From an uncultured Actinomycetes bacterium (lineage in GTDB: Bacteria; Actinomycetota; UBA4738; JBBDTT01), in assembly GCA_963742735.1 (NCBI GenBank), contig CAVUMN010000003.1, positions 640,001 through 704,000 on the forward strand: a stretch of DNA of 64,000 bases. Direction: 5' to 3'. Positions 31,283-41,148 of this stretch are shown one piece after another (position 1 is the stretch's first letter; each line of letters opens with the position of its first letter). Below the pieces are notes generated by a model that worked only from the letters and a program-made list of their open reading frames with translations, had not been told where the DNA came from and ran no database searches. Both the position numbers and the translations under genes were made by a program.

Positions 31283-31320
31283 GAGGCGGGCCCCCGATTC
31301 GGGGGGCCCGCCTCCTTTTT
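31283..31320 (+). terminator. Rho-independent terminator
   Basis: GAGGCGGGCCCCC...GGGGGCCCGCCTC followed by a T-tract. Confidence 0.85.
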
Positions 31321-31428
31321 CTTGCGTGGGCTTCGCGGCCGCGCGCAGCAGGCCCCTGCTGCCCCGCGTGTAGAACCCGCCTACAGGGGTACAGGTCGTG
31401 TGAAACGACGCAAGCAAGGAGGCTCGCG

Positions 31429-32043
31429 ATGAGGCACCGCACTGCTCGGACCCACACCCTCCGAGGCCTCATGGGCATGCTCCTCGGGACCGTGCTCGTG
31501 ATCGCCTTCGTCTCTCCGGCGGCCGCCGCGCCGGGCAAGTTGAAGGTCCAGGGCCCCACGACCCTCGACCTCCTGCCGGCGAACGCCCCACACCAGGGTT
31601 GCAACTTCATCGTCTCGCTCGCGAAATTCAAGGACAGCGGCTTCGCGTCGGTGACCATCACGGCGCACCCCCCGACCGCGGGCGGCGTGGTCGGTCAGAC
31701 GGGGGCAACGCTGGGCAGTGACGGCGCCGCCACGATCCCCGTGTCCCTGAACTTCGGCGGCATCGCGCCGCACCCCAATCAGGGCTTCCACGTGAAGATC
31801 GACGCGACGGCTGGCGGAAAGACCAAGCACAAGGTTGTCTGGGTGCAGGAGTGCGCCGCGCCGGCGCCCCCGCCGCCTGGTCCGCCTGGTACGAACCCGC
31901 CCGGGCCCACCGTGATCCCGCCTTCGGGTGGGGTCCAGGCCGGACCGACGAGTGGCACCGCCCCGAGCTCGCTGCCTCCGCTGATCGGGCTGGTTCTGCT
32001 GGCCGGAACCTCGCTCTGGATGCGCCTGCGAACCGTTCGCTGA
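31429..32043 (+). CDS. Secreted protein, putative class F sortase substrate 2
   Basis: Signal peptide (AAA), Pro-rich linker, PSGGVQAG + TM + WMRLR; AGGAGG RBS. Confidence 0.8.
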   Translation: MRHRTARTHTLRGLMGMLLGTVLVIAFVSPAAAAPGKLKVQGPTTLDLLPANAPHQGCNFIVSLAKFKDSGFASVTITAHPPTAGGVVGQTGATLGSDGAATIPVSLNFGGIAPHPNQGFHVKIDATAGGKTKHKVVWVQECAAPAPPPPGPPGTNPPGPTVIPPSGGVQAGPTSGTAPSSLPPLIGLVLLAGTSLWMRLRTVR

Positions 32044-32065
32044 ACGGCTCAAGCGGGAAGGACAC

Positions 32066-32092
32066 GAGGCGGGCCCCGACCGGGCCCGCCTC
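32066..32092. terminator. Hairpin between convergent genes
   Basis: GAGGCGGGCCC...GGGCCCGCCTC. Confidence 0.7.
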
Positions 32093-32104
32093 GGTCGTGT
32101 CGGC

Positions 32105-33046
32105 CTACTGGAAGATGAACGAGTCCAGGATCTTGATGATGCCCGGGCCGAGCATGACCACGAACAGCGACGGCAGGATGCAGAAGATCAGCGGGAACAG
32201 CAGCTTCACGCCCATCTGCATGGCCTTGTGCTCCGCGCGCTGACGGCGCTTCACCCGGAGCTCGTGGGACTGGGCGCGCAGGGCCTTCGACACGCTGACC
32301 CCGAGGATGTCCGCCTGGATCAGGCCCAGGACGAACGAGCGGAGCTCGTCCACGTCCGTCCGGTCGGCCAGCTGCCTGAAGGCGTCGGCCCGGGAGATCC
32401 CGAGCTGCATCTCGTGGAGCATGCGGCCGATCTCCTCCGCGAGGGGACCGGGGATGTTCTTGGTGACCTGCTGGAGGGCCGCGTCGAAGCCGAGCCCGGC
32501 CTCCACGCTGATGATCAGCAGGTCGGTCGTGTCCGGCAGGGTCTTGCGGATCGCCTCCTGGCGATTGACCACCCGCTGGCCGAGGATCGCTCCGGGGACG
32601 AGGAAGCCGATCATCCCCATCAACACCGTCAAAGCCAGCACGAAGATGAAGGAGAGCCCGACGGCCCACGGGACGAGCGCGCCGAACGCGGCGCCCGCCA
32701 TGAGCCCGATCCCCTTGTAGGCCAGGACGCTCTCCGCGCTCCATCCGGCGGGGCTCCCGGCCAGGACCAGCTTGTGGGTCAGCCGGTCCCGGGCGTCGAC
32801 CGGCGTCAGCCGGCGGGCGAGCCGCGCGAGGACGCCGGTGGCCGGCACGGTGACCCGCTCGGCGAACGTCCGGGCGAGGGCGTCCTCCCGCATGTCCATG
32901 GTGGCGGAGGACCCGGCGCTCAGCTGTGACTCCAGCACCTGCGCCGGGCGGCGGCGGCCGGTGAGGGAGAGCTGGACGACGGCGCCCAACAGCAGAACCG
33001 AGAGGCAGGCCCCGACGATCGCGACGGTGAGATAGACGTTAGACAT
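32105..33046 (-). CDS. tadC: Tad pilus platform protein TadC (T2SS F family)
   Basis: LPDTTDLLIISVEAGLGFDAAL...KLLFPLIFCILP. Confidence 0.92.
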   Translation of the reverse strand: MSNVYLTVAIVGACLSVLLLGAVVQLSLTGRRRPAQVLESQLSAGSSATMDMREDALARTFAERVTVPATGVLARLARRLTPVDARDRLTHKLVLAGSPAGWSAESVLAYKGIGLMAGAAFGALVPWAVGLSFIFVLALTVLMGMIGFLVPGAILGQRVVNRQEAIRKTLPDTTDLLIISVEAGLGFDAALQQVTKNIPGPLAEEIGRMLHEMQLGISRADAFRQLADRTDVDELRSFVLGLIQADILGVSVSKALRAQSHELRVKRRQRAEHKAMQMGVKLLFPLIFCILPSLFVVMLGPGIIKILDSFIFQ

Positions 33047-34943
33047 CGATGTCCACGATCTTCCGCATCCAGAAGACCCCCACGGCCATCAGGAGCGCGG
33101 CGCCGACCAGCATCGCCTGCCCGAGGAGCCGTCCGAACAGCAGGCCGAAGTACTGCGGGTTCACCTGCGACAGGTACAGCCCGATCACGAACGGCAGCGC
33201 GATGAGGATGATCATCGAGAGCCGTCCGTCCGCGGTCAGCGAACGGATCTGGCGGCGGATGGTCTCCCGTTCCCTCACGGTGTCGGCGACCGTTTCCAGG
33301 AGCTCCGAGAGGTTTCCGCCGACCTCGCGCTGGATGTTGACGGCCATCACCGCCCAGTTCAGGTTCTCGCTCTTCATGCGACCGGCCCACGACGTAAGAG
33401 CGTCCTCGATCGGCATCCCCAGGCTGATCTCGGACACCACCCGCCCGAGCTCGGAGCCGCCAGGGTCCGGGATCTCCCTGGCGACCAGGTCCAGCGCCTG
33501 CAGGAAGCTGTGGCCGGCCCGCAGGGAGCTGGCCAGCACCATGAGCATGTCCGGGAGCTGCTCCTGGAACGCCTCCATGCGCTTTCTCGCCGCGCGCAGG
33601 ATCAGGAACGTCGGGATGAACCCCACCGCGATCGCGAGGAGCAGGGCCAGGAAGACGTTGCGCAGGGCCACCCCGGCCACGAGGCCCGTGAGCAGGACCG
33701 CCAGCGTGGTCCCCGCGAGGAACTCCCCGGGCCGCACGGCCCATCCGGCTCGTTCGAGGGTCAGGCTGAGGGAGGAGCGGAACCCACCGGTGCCGGCCAT
33801 GCGCTCGCCGATGCTCGACAGGGGCCCGGGGATCCAGGTCCCGGCGTCCCCGGCGTCCTCGGGACGCGGCGCCGCCGCGGTCTGCGGGTTGGACATCCGC
33901 TGGGTCAGGATCCGGTCTCGCCGGGCGCTCAGGATTCCGCCGGCGACGGAGATGCACAGGGCAATGACGGCCAGGAACGACAGGCCCACCGCGATGGGGA
34001 ACAGGAGTCCGGCGGGAAGCCCGGATCTGGCCGCCTCGGGGCTGGGGATGGCGCTGGGAAGCGCCGGGGTCAACACGACCGTCCGATCCGAGAGCTCGCC
34101 CAGCGCGACGGTGATCGTGAGGGGCGTGGCTCCCGCCACTGCGGATCGGTAGTCCAAGCGGTACTGGTTGGAGACCTCGGCGGCCAGGCCCTGGTACACA
34201 TTCAGCAGGTCCTCGGACACGCTCGAGGAGAACCGGCCGCCGGTCTGGTTGGCGAGCGACGTCAGCGTCTTCGTCCCCGCCGGAGCGGTCTCCAGGCCGA
34301 CCGAGAAGACGGCGGCGTCGACGGACTTCGCGGCGGCGACGGCGGAGGCGAGGGTGCCCTGGCTGGACGTGTCGACGCCGTCGCTGAGCACGATGAGGGT
34401 CCGCTGCGCCTCGCGCTGGAACAGGCCGGCGGCCGTCTCCACCGCGTCGAAGAGCGCCGTACCGGAGGCGGTCTGGAGCGTGTCGAGCGCCGCCAGTGCG
34501 CCCGCGCGGTCCGTCAAGAGCGGGGCTCGGATGACCGGAGCCGCGTTGAACGTGACCAGCCCGATGCGGATACGCGGCGGCACCGATTCCAGGAACGAGC
34601 GCGCGGCGGCGACGGCTGCCTCCAGACGCGATCCGACCATGCTCTCGGAGTTGTCCAGGACCAGCACCACGTCGGAGGTCGTTTCGCTCACGGCCACGGG
34701 CGAGGCCTCGAGGCCCTCGACGGCGGTCCCGTTCTCCGTCACGGCGAAGTCGTCCGCGGTCAGGGTCTCCGTGCTGCTCACCCCGACGGTGAGGGCGACC
34801 GCCGGGAAGTCCTCCAGGTCCACGCCGCGGATGCTGACCCCCGCCCGCGTCTGCGCCCCGGCCGCCGCGGCGCTCAGCAGCAGTACCAGTCCCGCGACCG
34901 CCCCCGCCGCCGTCAGGCGCACCCGCCGGCTCAGCCCTGCCAC
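33039..34943 (-). CDS. tadB: vWA-TadB fusion protein
   Basis: Signal peptide, LDNSESM MIDAS...GTALFDA...LSDG, then QLPDML...SLRAGHS...QREVGGNL. Confidence 0.9.
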   Translation of the reverse strand: MAGLSRRVRLTAAGAVAGLVLLLSAAAAGAQTRAGVSIRGVDLEDFPAVALTVGVSSTETLTADDFAVTENGTAVEGLEASPVAVSETTSDVVLVLDNSESMVGSRLEAAVAAARSFLESVPPRIRIGLVTFNAAPVIRAPLLTDRAGALAALDTLQTASGTALFDAVETAAGLFQREAQRTLIVLSDGVDTSSQGTLASAVAAAKSVDAAVFSVGLETAPAGTKTLTSLANQTGGRFSSSVSEDLLNVYQGLAAEVSNQYRLDYRSAVAGATPLTITVALGELSDRTVVLTPALPSAIPSPEAARSGLPAGLLFPIAVGLSFLAVIALCISVAGGILSARRDRILTQRMSNPQTAAAPRPEDAGDAGTWIPGPLSSIGERMAGTGGFRSSLSLTLERAGWAVRPGEFLAGTTLAVLLTGLVAGVALRNVFLALLLAIAVGFIPTFLILRAARKRMEAFQEQLPDMLMVLASSLRAGHSFLQALDLVAREIPDPGGSELGRVVSEISLGMPIEDALTSWAGRMKSENLNWAVMAVNIQREVGGNLSELLETVADTVRERETIRRQIRSLTADGRLSMIILIALPFVIGLYLSQVNPQYFGLLFGRLLGQAMLVGAALLMAVGVFWMRKIVDIDV

Positions 34944-36251
34944 CCCCCGCCGAACAGCGAGGCGCGCAGCGTGACGCCGCGGTCCTCGAGCTCGCTCTGG
35001 AAGTGCGGTCGCAGGCCGGTCGGCCTCAGCTCACCGAGCGTTTTCCCCTGCTCGTCGGTCCCGGCCTTGTAGTCGAACTGGAACAGATCCTGGAGGGTGA
35101 TGATGTCGCCCTCCATCCCGACGACCTCGGTGATGTGGGTGATGCGCCGGGAGCCGTCGCGGAACCGTGCCTGGTGGATCAGCAGGTTGAGGGCCGACGC
35201 GATCTGCTCACGGATCGCCCGAACCCCCAGCTCGACGCCTCCCATCAGGGCCATGGTCTCCACCCGGGCGAGCGCGTCCCGGGGGGCGTTGGCGTGGACG
35301 GTACCGATCGATCCGTCGTGGCCCGTGTTCATGGCCTGGAGCATGTCGAGGGCCTCCGCCCCGCGGACCTCACCGACGACGATTCGGTCCGGTCGCATGC
35401 GCAGGGCGTTGCGGACCAGGTCCCGGACCGAGACCTCGCCCGAGCCCTCGATGTTGGGTGGCCGGTACTCCAGCCGCACTACGTGATGCTGCTGCAGGCG
35501 GAGCTCGGCCGCGTCCTCGATGGTGATGATCCGCTCGTCCTCGGGGATGAACGAGGACAGGACGTTCAGGCTGGTGGTCTTGCCGGCGCCGGTTCCCCCG
35601 GAGACCAGGATGTTCATGCGGCCCCGCACGCAGGCCTCGAGGAACTCGCGCGACGTTGGGGGTCATGGTGCCGAACGCGATCAGGTCCTTCGTCTCGTAG
35701 GGGTCGGCGGCGAACTTGCGGATGGTCAGGGCGTGTCCGTCGATGGCGAGGGGCGGGATGATGGCGTTGACGCGCGAGCCGTCCGGCAGGCGGGCGTCGA
35801 CGTACGGGGACGCCTCGTCGATGCGCCGGCCGACCTTGGACACGATCTTGTCGATCGTCCGGCGGAGCTGCTCGGAGTTGTGGAACTTGATCCCCGTCCA
35901 GTAGAGCTTGCCGGCGCGCTCGACGTAGATCGAGTCGGGGCCGTTGACCATGATCTCGGTGACCTCCGGATCCCGGATGAACGCCTCCAGAGGACCGAGA
36001 CCGAGGACGGCGTCACCGACGTCCCGGATGATCTGCGCCTTCTCCACCGGGGAGAGCGGAGTCTCCTCGGCCTCCAGGTACTCGCGGAGGTGTCGCTGGA
36101 CGAGCTCCCGGAGCTCGGCCTCGGTCAGCGCGGACTCGTAGAGCTTCGGGCCGAGCCCCTCGATGAGCTTGCTCTGCATGCGGGAGCGGACCTGGGCGGT
36201 CTTGTCGCGCTCCGGACGACCCGAGCCGGCGAGACGGTCTGCCAGTGACAT
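34931..36251 (-). CDS. tadA: Tad pilus ATPase TadA/CpaF (one frameshift near 35650)
   Basis: [42 protein letters not shown]. Confidence 0.93.
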
Positions 36252-36261
36252 ACCGAGCCTC

Positions 36262-37449
36262 CTACTTCCTGCTGGACCGACGGTGGCGGCCGACTGGGGG
36301 GGCGGCCTGAGCCGGCAGGAACGACCGGGCGATCGTCCTGAGGCTCTCGGCGACGTCGGATTTCGGCTCGGCGACGGCGACCGGGCGCCCGTTGTTCAGC
36401 GACTGCGGGACCAGCAGGCTCGAGGGGATCGTGGCGTCGACCTTCAGGTTCATCACCCGCTCGACGTCCTCGACGCTCAACCCGACCTTCGCGTCAACAC
36501 GGTTCAGGATGATCCGGATCCGTTCGGGCTCCACGCCCAACGAGCGCAGCGTGTCCCGGGCCAGCGCCAGGTGGCGGACGGAGACGACGTCGAGCGACGC
36601 GATGAGGCAGATCGTGTCGGAGACGTCGAACGCCGCGAGCGCCGCGTCGGAGTACTCGGCGCTGGCGTCGACGACGGTGTAGGCGAAGATCTCCCGGAAC
36701 GCCCGGAGCGTCCGGCCCACGGCGTGCCCGTCGGGGGACTGTGCGGCCGGGTCCGGGGCCGAGCCGAAGCCCCACAGGTGCTCGAGGAGGACCCGGCCCC
36801 GCGAGCGGATGGCGTCGGGGTCCTGCGCGTCGACCACCGAGATGAGGTCGTTCAGCGAGCCGGTGGCCTGGGTGCCGAACGTGGCGAAGACGTCGCCCAT
36901 GTCGAAGTCGAGATCGACCACCGCCGTGTCCTCGCCCGACAGCTGGCCCAGGGTCACGGCGAGGTTGCACGTGAGGGTCGTCTTGCCGGTCCCGCCCTTG
37001 GACGAGAACACCGAGATGACCTTCCCCCGCCGGTCGGTCTTCTCCGGCTCGCGCCGGCGCATCGCCTGGAGGTTGCCCGACCAGGCCACCGCCCGCCGGA
37101 GGGCCTCCTGGAGCTCCTCGCTGCCGCGCGACATGTTCACCACGTCCCGGATGCCGGCGCGCATGGCCAGGGGGAGGATCCCGTTGGGGTCCTCGTCCCG
37201 CACCAGGATCACCGCCGTGGACGGGAGGCGCTGGGCCACGAACTCGGCGAGCCCGACGGCGTCGGGCATCTTCACCAGGGGAGAGAGCACCAGCACGTTG
37301 GGAACGGAGTCGCTCTCGCCCAGGAGGCCCTCGGCCGAGGGAACGCTGGGCATCCACTCCACGTCCTCGAGCGGGCCTTCCAGGGCGCGGGCGACCTGCT
37401 GCCGGAACGTGGGGGGCGGTCCGACCGCCACGACGCGCATCTCGCTCAC
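36262..37449 (-). CDS. cpaE: TadZ/CpaE (atypical receiver + MinD-like ATPase)
   Basis: AMRAGIRD, SKGGTGKTT, VDLD, ILNR. Confidence 0.88.
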   Translation of the reverse strand: MSEMRVVAVGPPPTFRQQVARALEGPLEDVEWMPSVPSAEGLLGESDSVPNVLVLSPLVKMPDAVGLAEFVAQRLPSTAVILVRDEDPNGILPLAMRAGIRDVVNMSRGSEELQEALRRAVAWSGNLQAMRRREPEKTDRRGKVISVFSSKGGTGKTTLTCNLAVTLGQLSGEDTAVVDLDFDMGDVFATFGTQATGSLNDLISVVDAQDPDAIRSRGRVLLEHLWGFGSAPDPAAQSPDGHAVGRTLRAFREIFAYTVVDASAEYSDAALAAFDVSDTICLIASLDVVSVRHLALARDTLRSLGVEPERIRIILNRVDAKVGLSVEDVERVMNLKVDATIPSSLLVPQSLNNGRPVAVAEPKSDVAESLRTIARSFLPAQAAPPVGRHRRSSRK

Positions 37450-38186
37450 GGCAGGAGCTGCCCGAACGCCGTCGGCTTCGGCACGCTGCCCTCGGCGCCC
37501 GGGGGGAGCAGCGCGAGCCAGATGGTTCCCTGATCCTGGGCCAGGAGCACCTTCTGCACCTGCTGGGGCGTCAGGGCCAGGGTGACGATGATCGGCACCT
37601 GCGAGCTGCTCACCGTGGTGGTCTCGGTGCTGGTGACCGTGCTCGCCGAGCGGAGCACCAGCGCGTTGGAGACGACGGTCAGGGAGACGCCGGTGACCTC
37701 CGCGCCCGCGTTGGTGCCGGGCTGCTTGAAGGTCGCGTAGATCGTGACGTGGTCGCCCTGGCTGAGCACGCCGCCCACTCCCTGGAACGGCTGGAGCTGG
37801 AACGAGACCGCCTCGGCGTCCTCGGGGATCCCCAGCGTGCCTCCCGCGGCCTCGTCCGGTCCCTTCAGCCGGGAGGTCGAGATCTGCTCCCCGGCCAGGA
37901 TCGGGAAGGCCGTGACCTGTCCCTGGAGCTGAGCGATGTCGGTGATCACCCCGGGGACCAGGGCCTCCTGCGGAACCTCGAGCGTGGTGAACTCGGCGTC
38001 GGCGATGAGCGGGTCGAGATCGGTGCTGGCGGGGATATCCCGCTTGGAGACGATGACCGTCGTCCGCTCGCCACCCCCCGCGTCGTCCTTCACCGCCCGC
38101 AGATACAGCGCGATCGACACCGCCGCCCCGATCGCGAGGATCACCGCGATCGACATCACGACGCCTCTACCCTTGACCGCTGCCAT
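37446..38186 (-). CDS. cpaB: Flp pilus assembly protein RcpC/CpaB
   Basis: TM, SAF-like domain, GVGGVLSQGDHVTI, VTLALTP, IWLAL. Confidence 0.88.
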   Translation of the reverse strand: MAAVKGRGVVMSIAVILAIGAAVSIALYLRAVKDDAGGGERTTVIVSKRDIPASTDLDPLIADAEFTTLEVPQEALVPGVITDIAQLQGQVTAFPILAGEQISTSRLKGPDEAAGGTLGIPEDAEAVSFQLQPFQGVGGVLSQGDHVTIYATFKQPGTNAGAEVTGVSLTVVSNALVLRSASTVTSTETTTVSSSQVPIIVTLALTPQQVQKVLLAQDQGTIWLALLPPGAEGSVPKPTAFGQLLP

Positions 38187-38207
38187 CAGTTGGGTCTCCC
38201 TTCGCCT

Positions 38208-39560
38208 TTATGCGGAGAGCCTGATGGCTCGCACGCCGAAGTCCTCGCAGCCGTCGGACGGAAGACACGGGGAGCCGGCTACGACGGTGATCCCCAGGTA
38301 CTCGACGACCATGCACCGCGCGTTGGAGTCGGGCTGCAGGGCCCCGCACCGACCGGGAGCGCCCGGCGTCGAGTAGTCCCACTCGATACGAACGTTCAGG
38401 CTCGTGCTGCGCAGCCAGGTGATCGTGTTCGTGGTGGTGTTGAAGGAATAGTCCGTGTTCAGGACGCAGGGTGAACAACCGCCCGACGGCGGACCTCCCT
38501 GGCGCCGCAGCGTCAGGTTGGTCAAGTTCGCCACGGAACATCCCGAGGACAGGAGGCTGTAGGTGTTGCCCGGCGGCGTCGGACTGAAGTTAACGGTCAG
38601 GTTTCCATGCGCGGGGCAGTGCCCGGAGACCCCAGGGGTGCCGATCGCGGCCGGGTCGTTGCCGCGCAGGACGTCCTTCAGGCGCAGGTTCGCGAAGGCG
38701 ACGATGGCGTACTTGTCCACGTCGCACGTCCCGGCGGCCTGCTGGGCGGCCGTGCAGATCGATCCCGTGCTGGTGACCTGCCGGTTCTCGTCGTTGACCG
38801 GGAACAGTTTGACCTTGCCGATCTGGCCCTCCAGGTCGTTCTGCCAGTTGCCGGCCCGTGCTCCCGGCATGAGGCACACGTAGGTCGGGGGAGGGACCAC
38901 GCTCAGGACATCGGGATACCCGTCGACGATCCAGTCGCCGAGGTCGTGCGAGCCGCCGCTGGAGTTGCAGTTGGCGCTCGGGGAGACGCCCCAGTGGTTC
39001 AGGTTCATGAAACCCCAGCTGGCCTGGCCGTTGAAGTGGGCCTCGTTGTTGTACCAGAAGGCGCACTCGGTTCCGGGGGGGAGGTTCGGCCAGCCGCATC
39101 CCCGCAGCTGGAACCCGCTGATCTCGATGGGCGCCGGGTGCCCGCCGCCGAGCACACCCCAAAGCGCTGTGGCCAGGCCGTCGACGGGCTTGGGGGAGTC
39201 GACCCCGATGATCGGGGAGAAGAAGAGGTCCTGTAGCGACCGGTACTCGACGGCGACCTCCCCGAAGATGCTGTTGCACGCGGGCAGGAAGGAGATGGAC
39301 TGACGCACCGCGTCCGAGATGTTGGACGTGGCGAGCGAGTCGGCGTGGGAGATCGCGTCGGCGTCGCCCTTGCCGTTGGCGCAGGACTGGGCGGCGGCGA
39401 GGGAGGCCGCGTCGGCGGCGTTGACCATTCCCCGGCGCTTCAGCACCAGCGCCCCGCCGTCGACGGACAGCGAAACCATGCCCAGGAGGGCGACGAGGGA
39501 GACGGCGATGAACACGGCGGTCGCGCCGCGCTCGTCACGGTGGATCTGGCGCCATCTCAT
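38208..39560 (-). CDS. tadG: TadG-like Cys-rich pseudopilin
   Basis: RDERG/ATAVFIAV prepilin site, VDGG...NAADAASLAAA. Confidence 0.85.
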   Translation of the reverse strand: MRWRQIHRDERGATAVFIAVSLVALLGMVSLSVDGGALVLKRRGMVNAADAASLAAAQSCANGKGDADAISHADSLATSNISDAVRQSISFLPACNSIFGEVAVEYRSLQDLFFSPIIGVDSPKPVDGLATALWGVLGGGHPAPIEISGFQLRGCGWPNLPPGTECAFWYNNEAHFNGQASWGFMNLNHWGVSPSANCNSSGGSHDLGDWIVDGYPDVLSVVPPPTYVCLMPGARAGNWQNDLEGQIGKVKLFPVNDENRQVTSTGSICTAAQQAAGTCDVDKYAIVAFANLRLKDVLRGNDPAAIGTPGVSGHCPAHGNLTVNFSPTPPGNTYSLLSSGCSVANLTNLTLRRQGGPPSGGCSPCVLNTDYSFNTTTNTITWLRSTSLNVRIEWDYSTPGAPGRCGALQPDSNARCMVVEYLGITVVAGSPCLPSDGCEDFGVRAIRLSA

Positions 39561-39955
39561 TCGCATCGGAACACCGCCTCCACGTTGACGTCCTGGCTGA
39601 GATCGGGAACGAAGGGGATCTGGATGTTGACGTGTTGCAGCCAACTGATGGTTACGGGCTCTCCCACGGTGGTCTCGTCGCACGTGTGGTCCAGTGTCGG
39701 GGTGCCGGGTCCGATGGGGTATCCAACCACGGCCTGATTGATCCGCGACAACACCTCTTCGGGGGTTCCCCGGACGGCCGCCACGCGGGCTCCCTCCCGC
39801 GCGGCGCCCACGTAGATCTCGAGGGAGCTGTAGGCCCGCCCGAACTCGGTGATCCCGAACAGGATCATCACCAGGACGGTCAGGATGAGGGCGAACTCCA
39901 CGGCCGCCGCGCCCTCCTCCCGGCGGAATCGCCTCGCGATCCTGGGCATCTTCAT
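39557..39955 (-). CDS. tadE: TadE-like pseudopilin
   Basis: EEG/AAAVEFAL, AAREGAR. Confidence 0.92.
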   Translation of the reverse strand: MKMPRIARRFRREEGAAAVEFALILTVLVMILFGITEFGRAYSSLEIYVGAAREGARVAAVRGTPEEVLSRINQAVVGYPIGPGTPTLDHTCDETTVGEPVTISWLQHVNIQIPFVPDLSQDVNVEAVFRCE

Positions 39956-39997
39956 CTACGTCGGACAACTCCTCGTGGGGTAGCGCGCACGGCATTC

Positions 39998-40040
39998 GCC
40001 GGCCCCTCCCGCCTGCTCGTGGGGAGCGCGAGGGGCCGGC
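39998..40040 (-). terminator. Hairpin downstream of flp pilin
   Basis: GCCGGCCCCTC...GAGGGGCCGGC inverted repeat. Confidence 0.55.
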
Positions 40041-40066
40041 GACCTGCACGATGCTACCGGGTACTG

Positions 40067-40294
40067 CTAGCCACCACCACCAGCACCGGTGAGCGTGCCG
40101 GCGGCGTCGTTCAGCTTGTTGTTGATCGCGATGCCCAGCGCCGTGGCGCCAATGATGATCACCAGCGCAATGAAGACGACCAGGATCGCGTACTCGGCCG
40201 AGACCGCGCCGCGCTCGCTCTTGATCCGTGCGTGGATCCCATCCCGGGTGCGGTACCAGACGTGCTCGCCTACCGTGAAGAGATTCGTAAGCAT
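40067..40294 (-). CDS. flp: Flp family type IVb pilin
   Basis: ERG/AVSAEYAILV; GGAGG RBS. Confidence 0.92.
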   Translation of the reverse strand: MLTNLFTVGEHVWYRTRDGIHARIKSERGAVSAEYAILVVFIALVIIIGATALGIAINNKLNDAAGTLTGAGGGG

Positions 40295-40691
40295 TCAGTT
40301 CACCTCCCTCACCACTATGCCTGCCGTGCTTGGTGCCCTAGCAGGTCCCAGCGTATAGCGTCTCGCCCTCACGTTGCACGGGACTGAGCTGTGGACCTCT
40401 GCTATGCGGCGGGTCGGTATCCGCGCGCAGCATACAAGGTCGGACAAGGGGTACGGAACCCCTAATTCCGAGTGGCCCGCGCTCGGCGAGGGCCGGGGCG
40501 CACGGAGATTCCCGCAGAAATCTCGCCCGCATCGCTACGGTTGGGGGATATCGGCGCCGATACCAGCATCGTCCGGACCTCGCGGTCCGGGCGCCGAACG
40601 GCGGGGCGACGCGGGCACGCCCCGCCGTTCATACTCTTGCGCCGTCGGCGGCGTGGGGAGGAGACCCTCCCGTTTGCTACGCTCGACGCGC

Positions 40692-40766
40692 GGGCGCGTA
40701 GCTCAGCGGGAGAGCGCTTCGTTCACACCGAAGAGGTCGTAGGTTCAAATCCTGCCGCGCCCACCA
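40692..40766 (+). tRNA. tRNA-Val(CAC)
   Basis: Stem CTTCG/CGAAG, loop TTCACAC, CCA end. Confidence 0.96.
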
Positions 40767-40854
40767 CTCGTGATTCCCCTGTGCACCGCGTGTGTGCTCC
40801 GCGGCGAGCCTGGGTAGATACGAAGGTGCGCCCCATCGAAAGGGGGCAACACGC

Positions 40855-41061
40855 ATGGGTGGTGTCAAGGACAAGGCTGAAGGTGTCTGGGACGAGTCCA
40901 AGGGCAAGGTCAAGGAAGCCGTCGGAGACGCGACGGACGACGAGAACATGCAGGGTGAGGGTGTGGCCGACCAGGTGAAGGGGAAGGCCAAGCAAGCCTG
41001 GGGCAACGTGAAGGAGGCCGCCGAGGACATCAAGGAGGGCGCGCAGAAGGCGCTCGACTGA
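40855..41061 (+). CDS. CsbD family stress protein
   Basis: KGKVKEAVGDATDDENMQGEG...DQVKG; GGGTAG SigB/SigF-like -10 at 40812. Confidence 0.92.
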   Translation: MGGVKDKAEGVWDESKGKVKEAVGDATDDENMQGEGVADQVKGKAKQAWGNVKEAAEDIKEGAQKALD

Positions 41062-41085
41062 CCGGGACCCTTCCGAGAGAGAACG

Positions 41086-41113
41086 ACGAGCCGGCCTTCG
41101 GGCCGGCTCGTTC
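41086..41113 (+). terminator. Hairpin after the CsbD gene
   Basis: CGAGCCGGCC-TTCG-GGCCGGCTCG. Confidence 0.7.
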
Positions 41114-41148
41114 CGTGATCGGCCGGGGCCCGTGAGAGCATCCGCCCC

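Noticed and set aside
40295-40430. c-di-GMP riboswitch upstream of flp
   Set aside because: Neither class I nor class II consensus elements could be found by eye
41136-41148. 13-mer GAGCATCCGCCCC shared with the minus strand at 4559-4571
   Set aside because: Explained by a -10 element plus GC-rich spacer; two copies are weak evidence at this GC content
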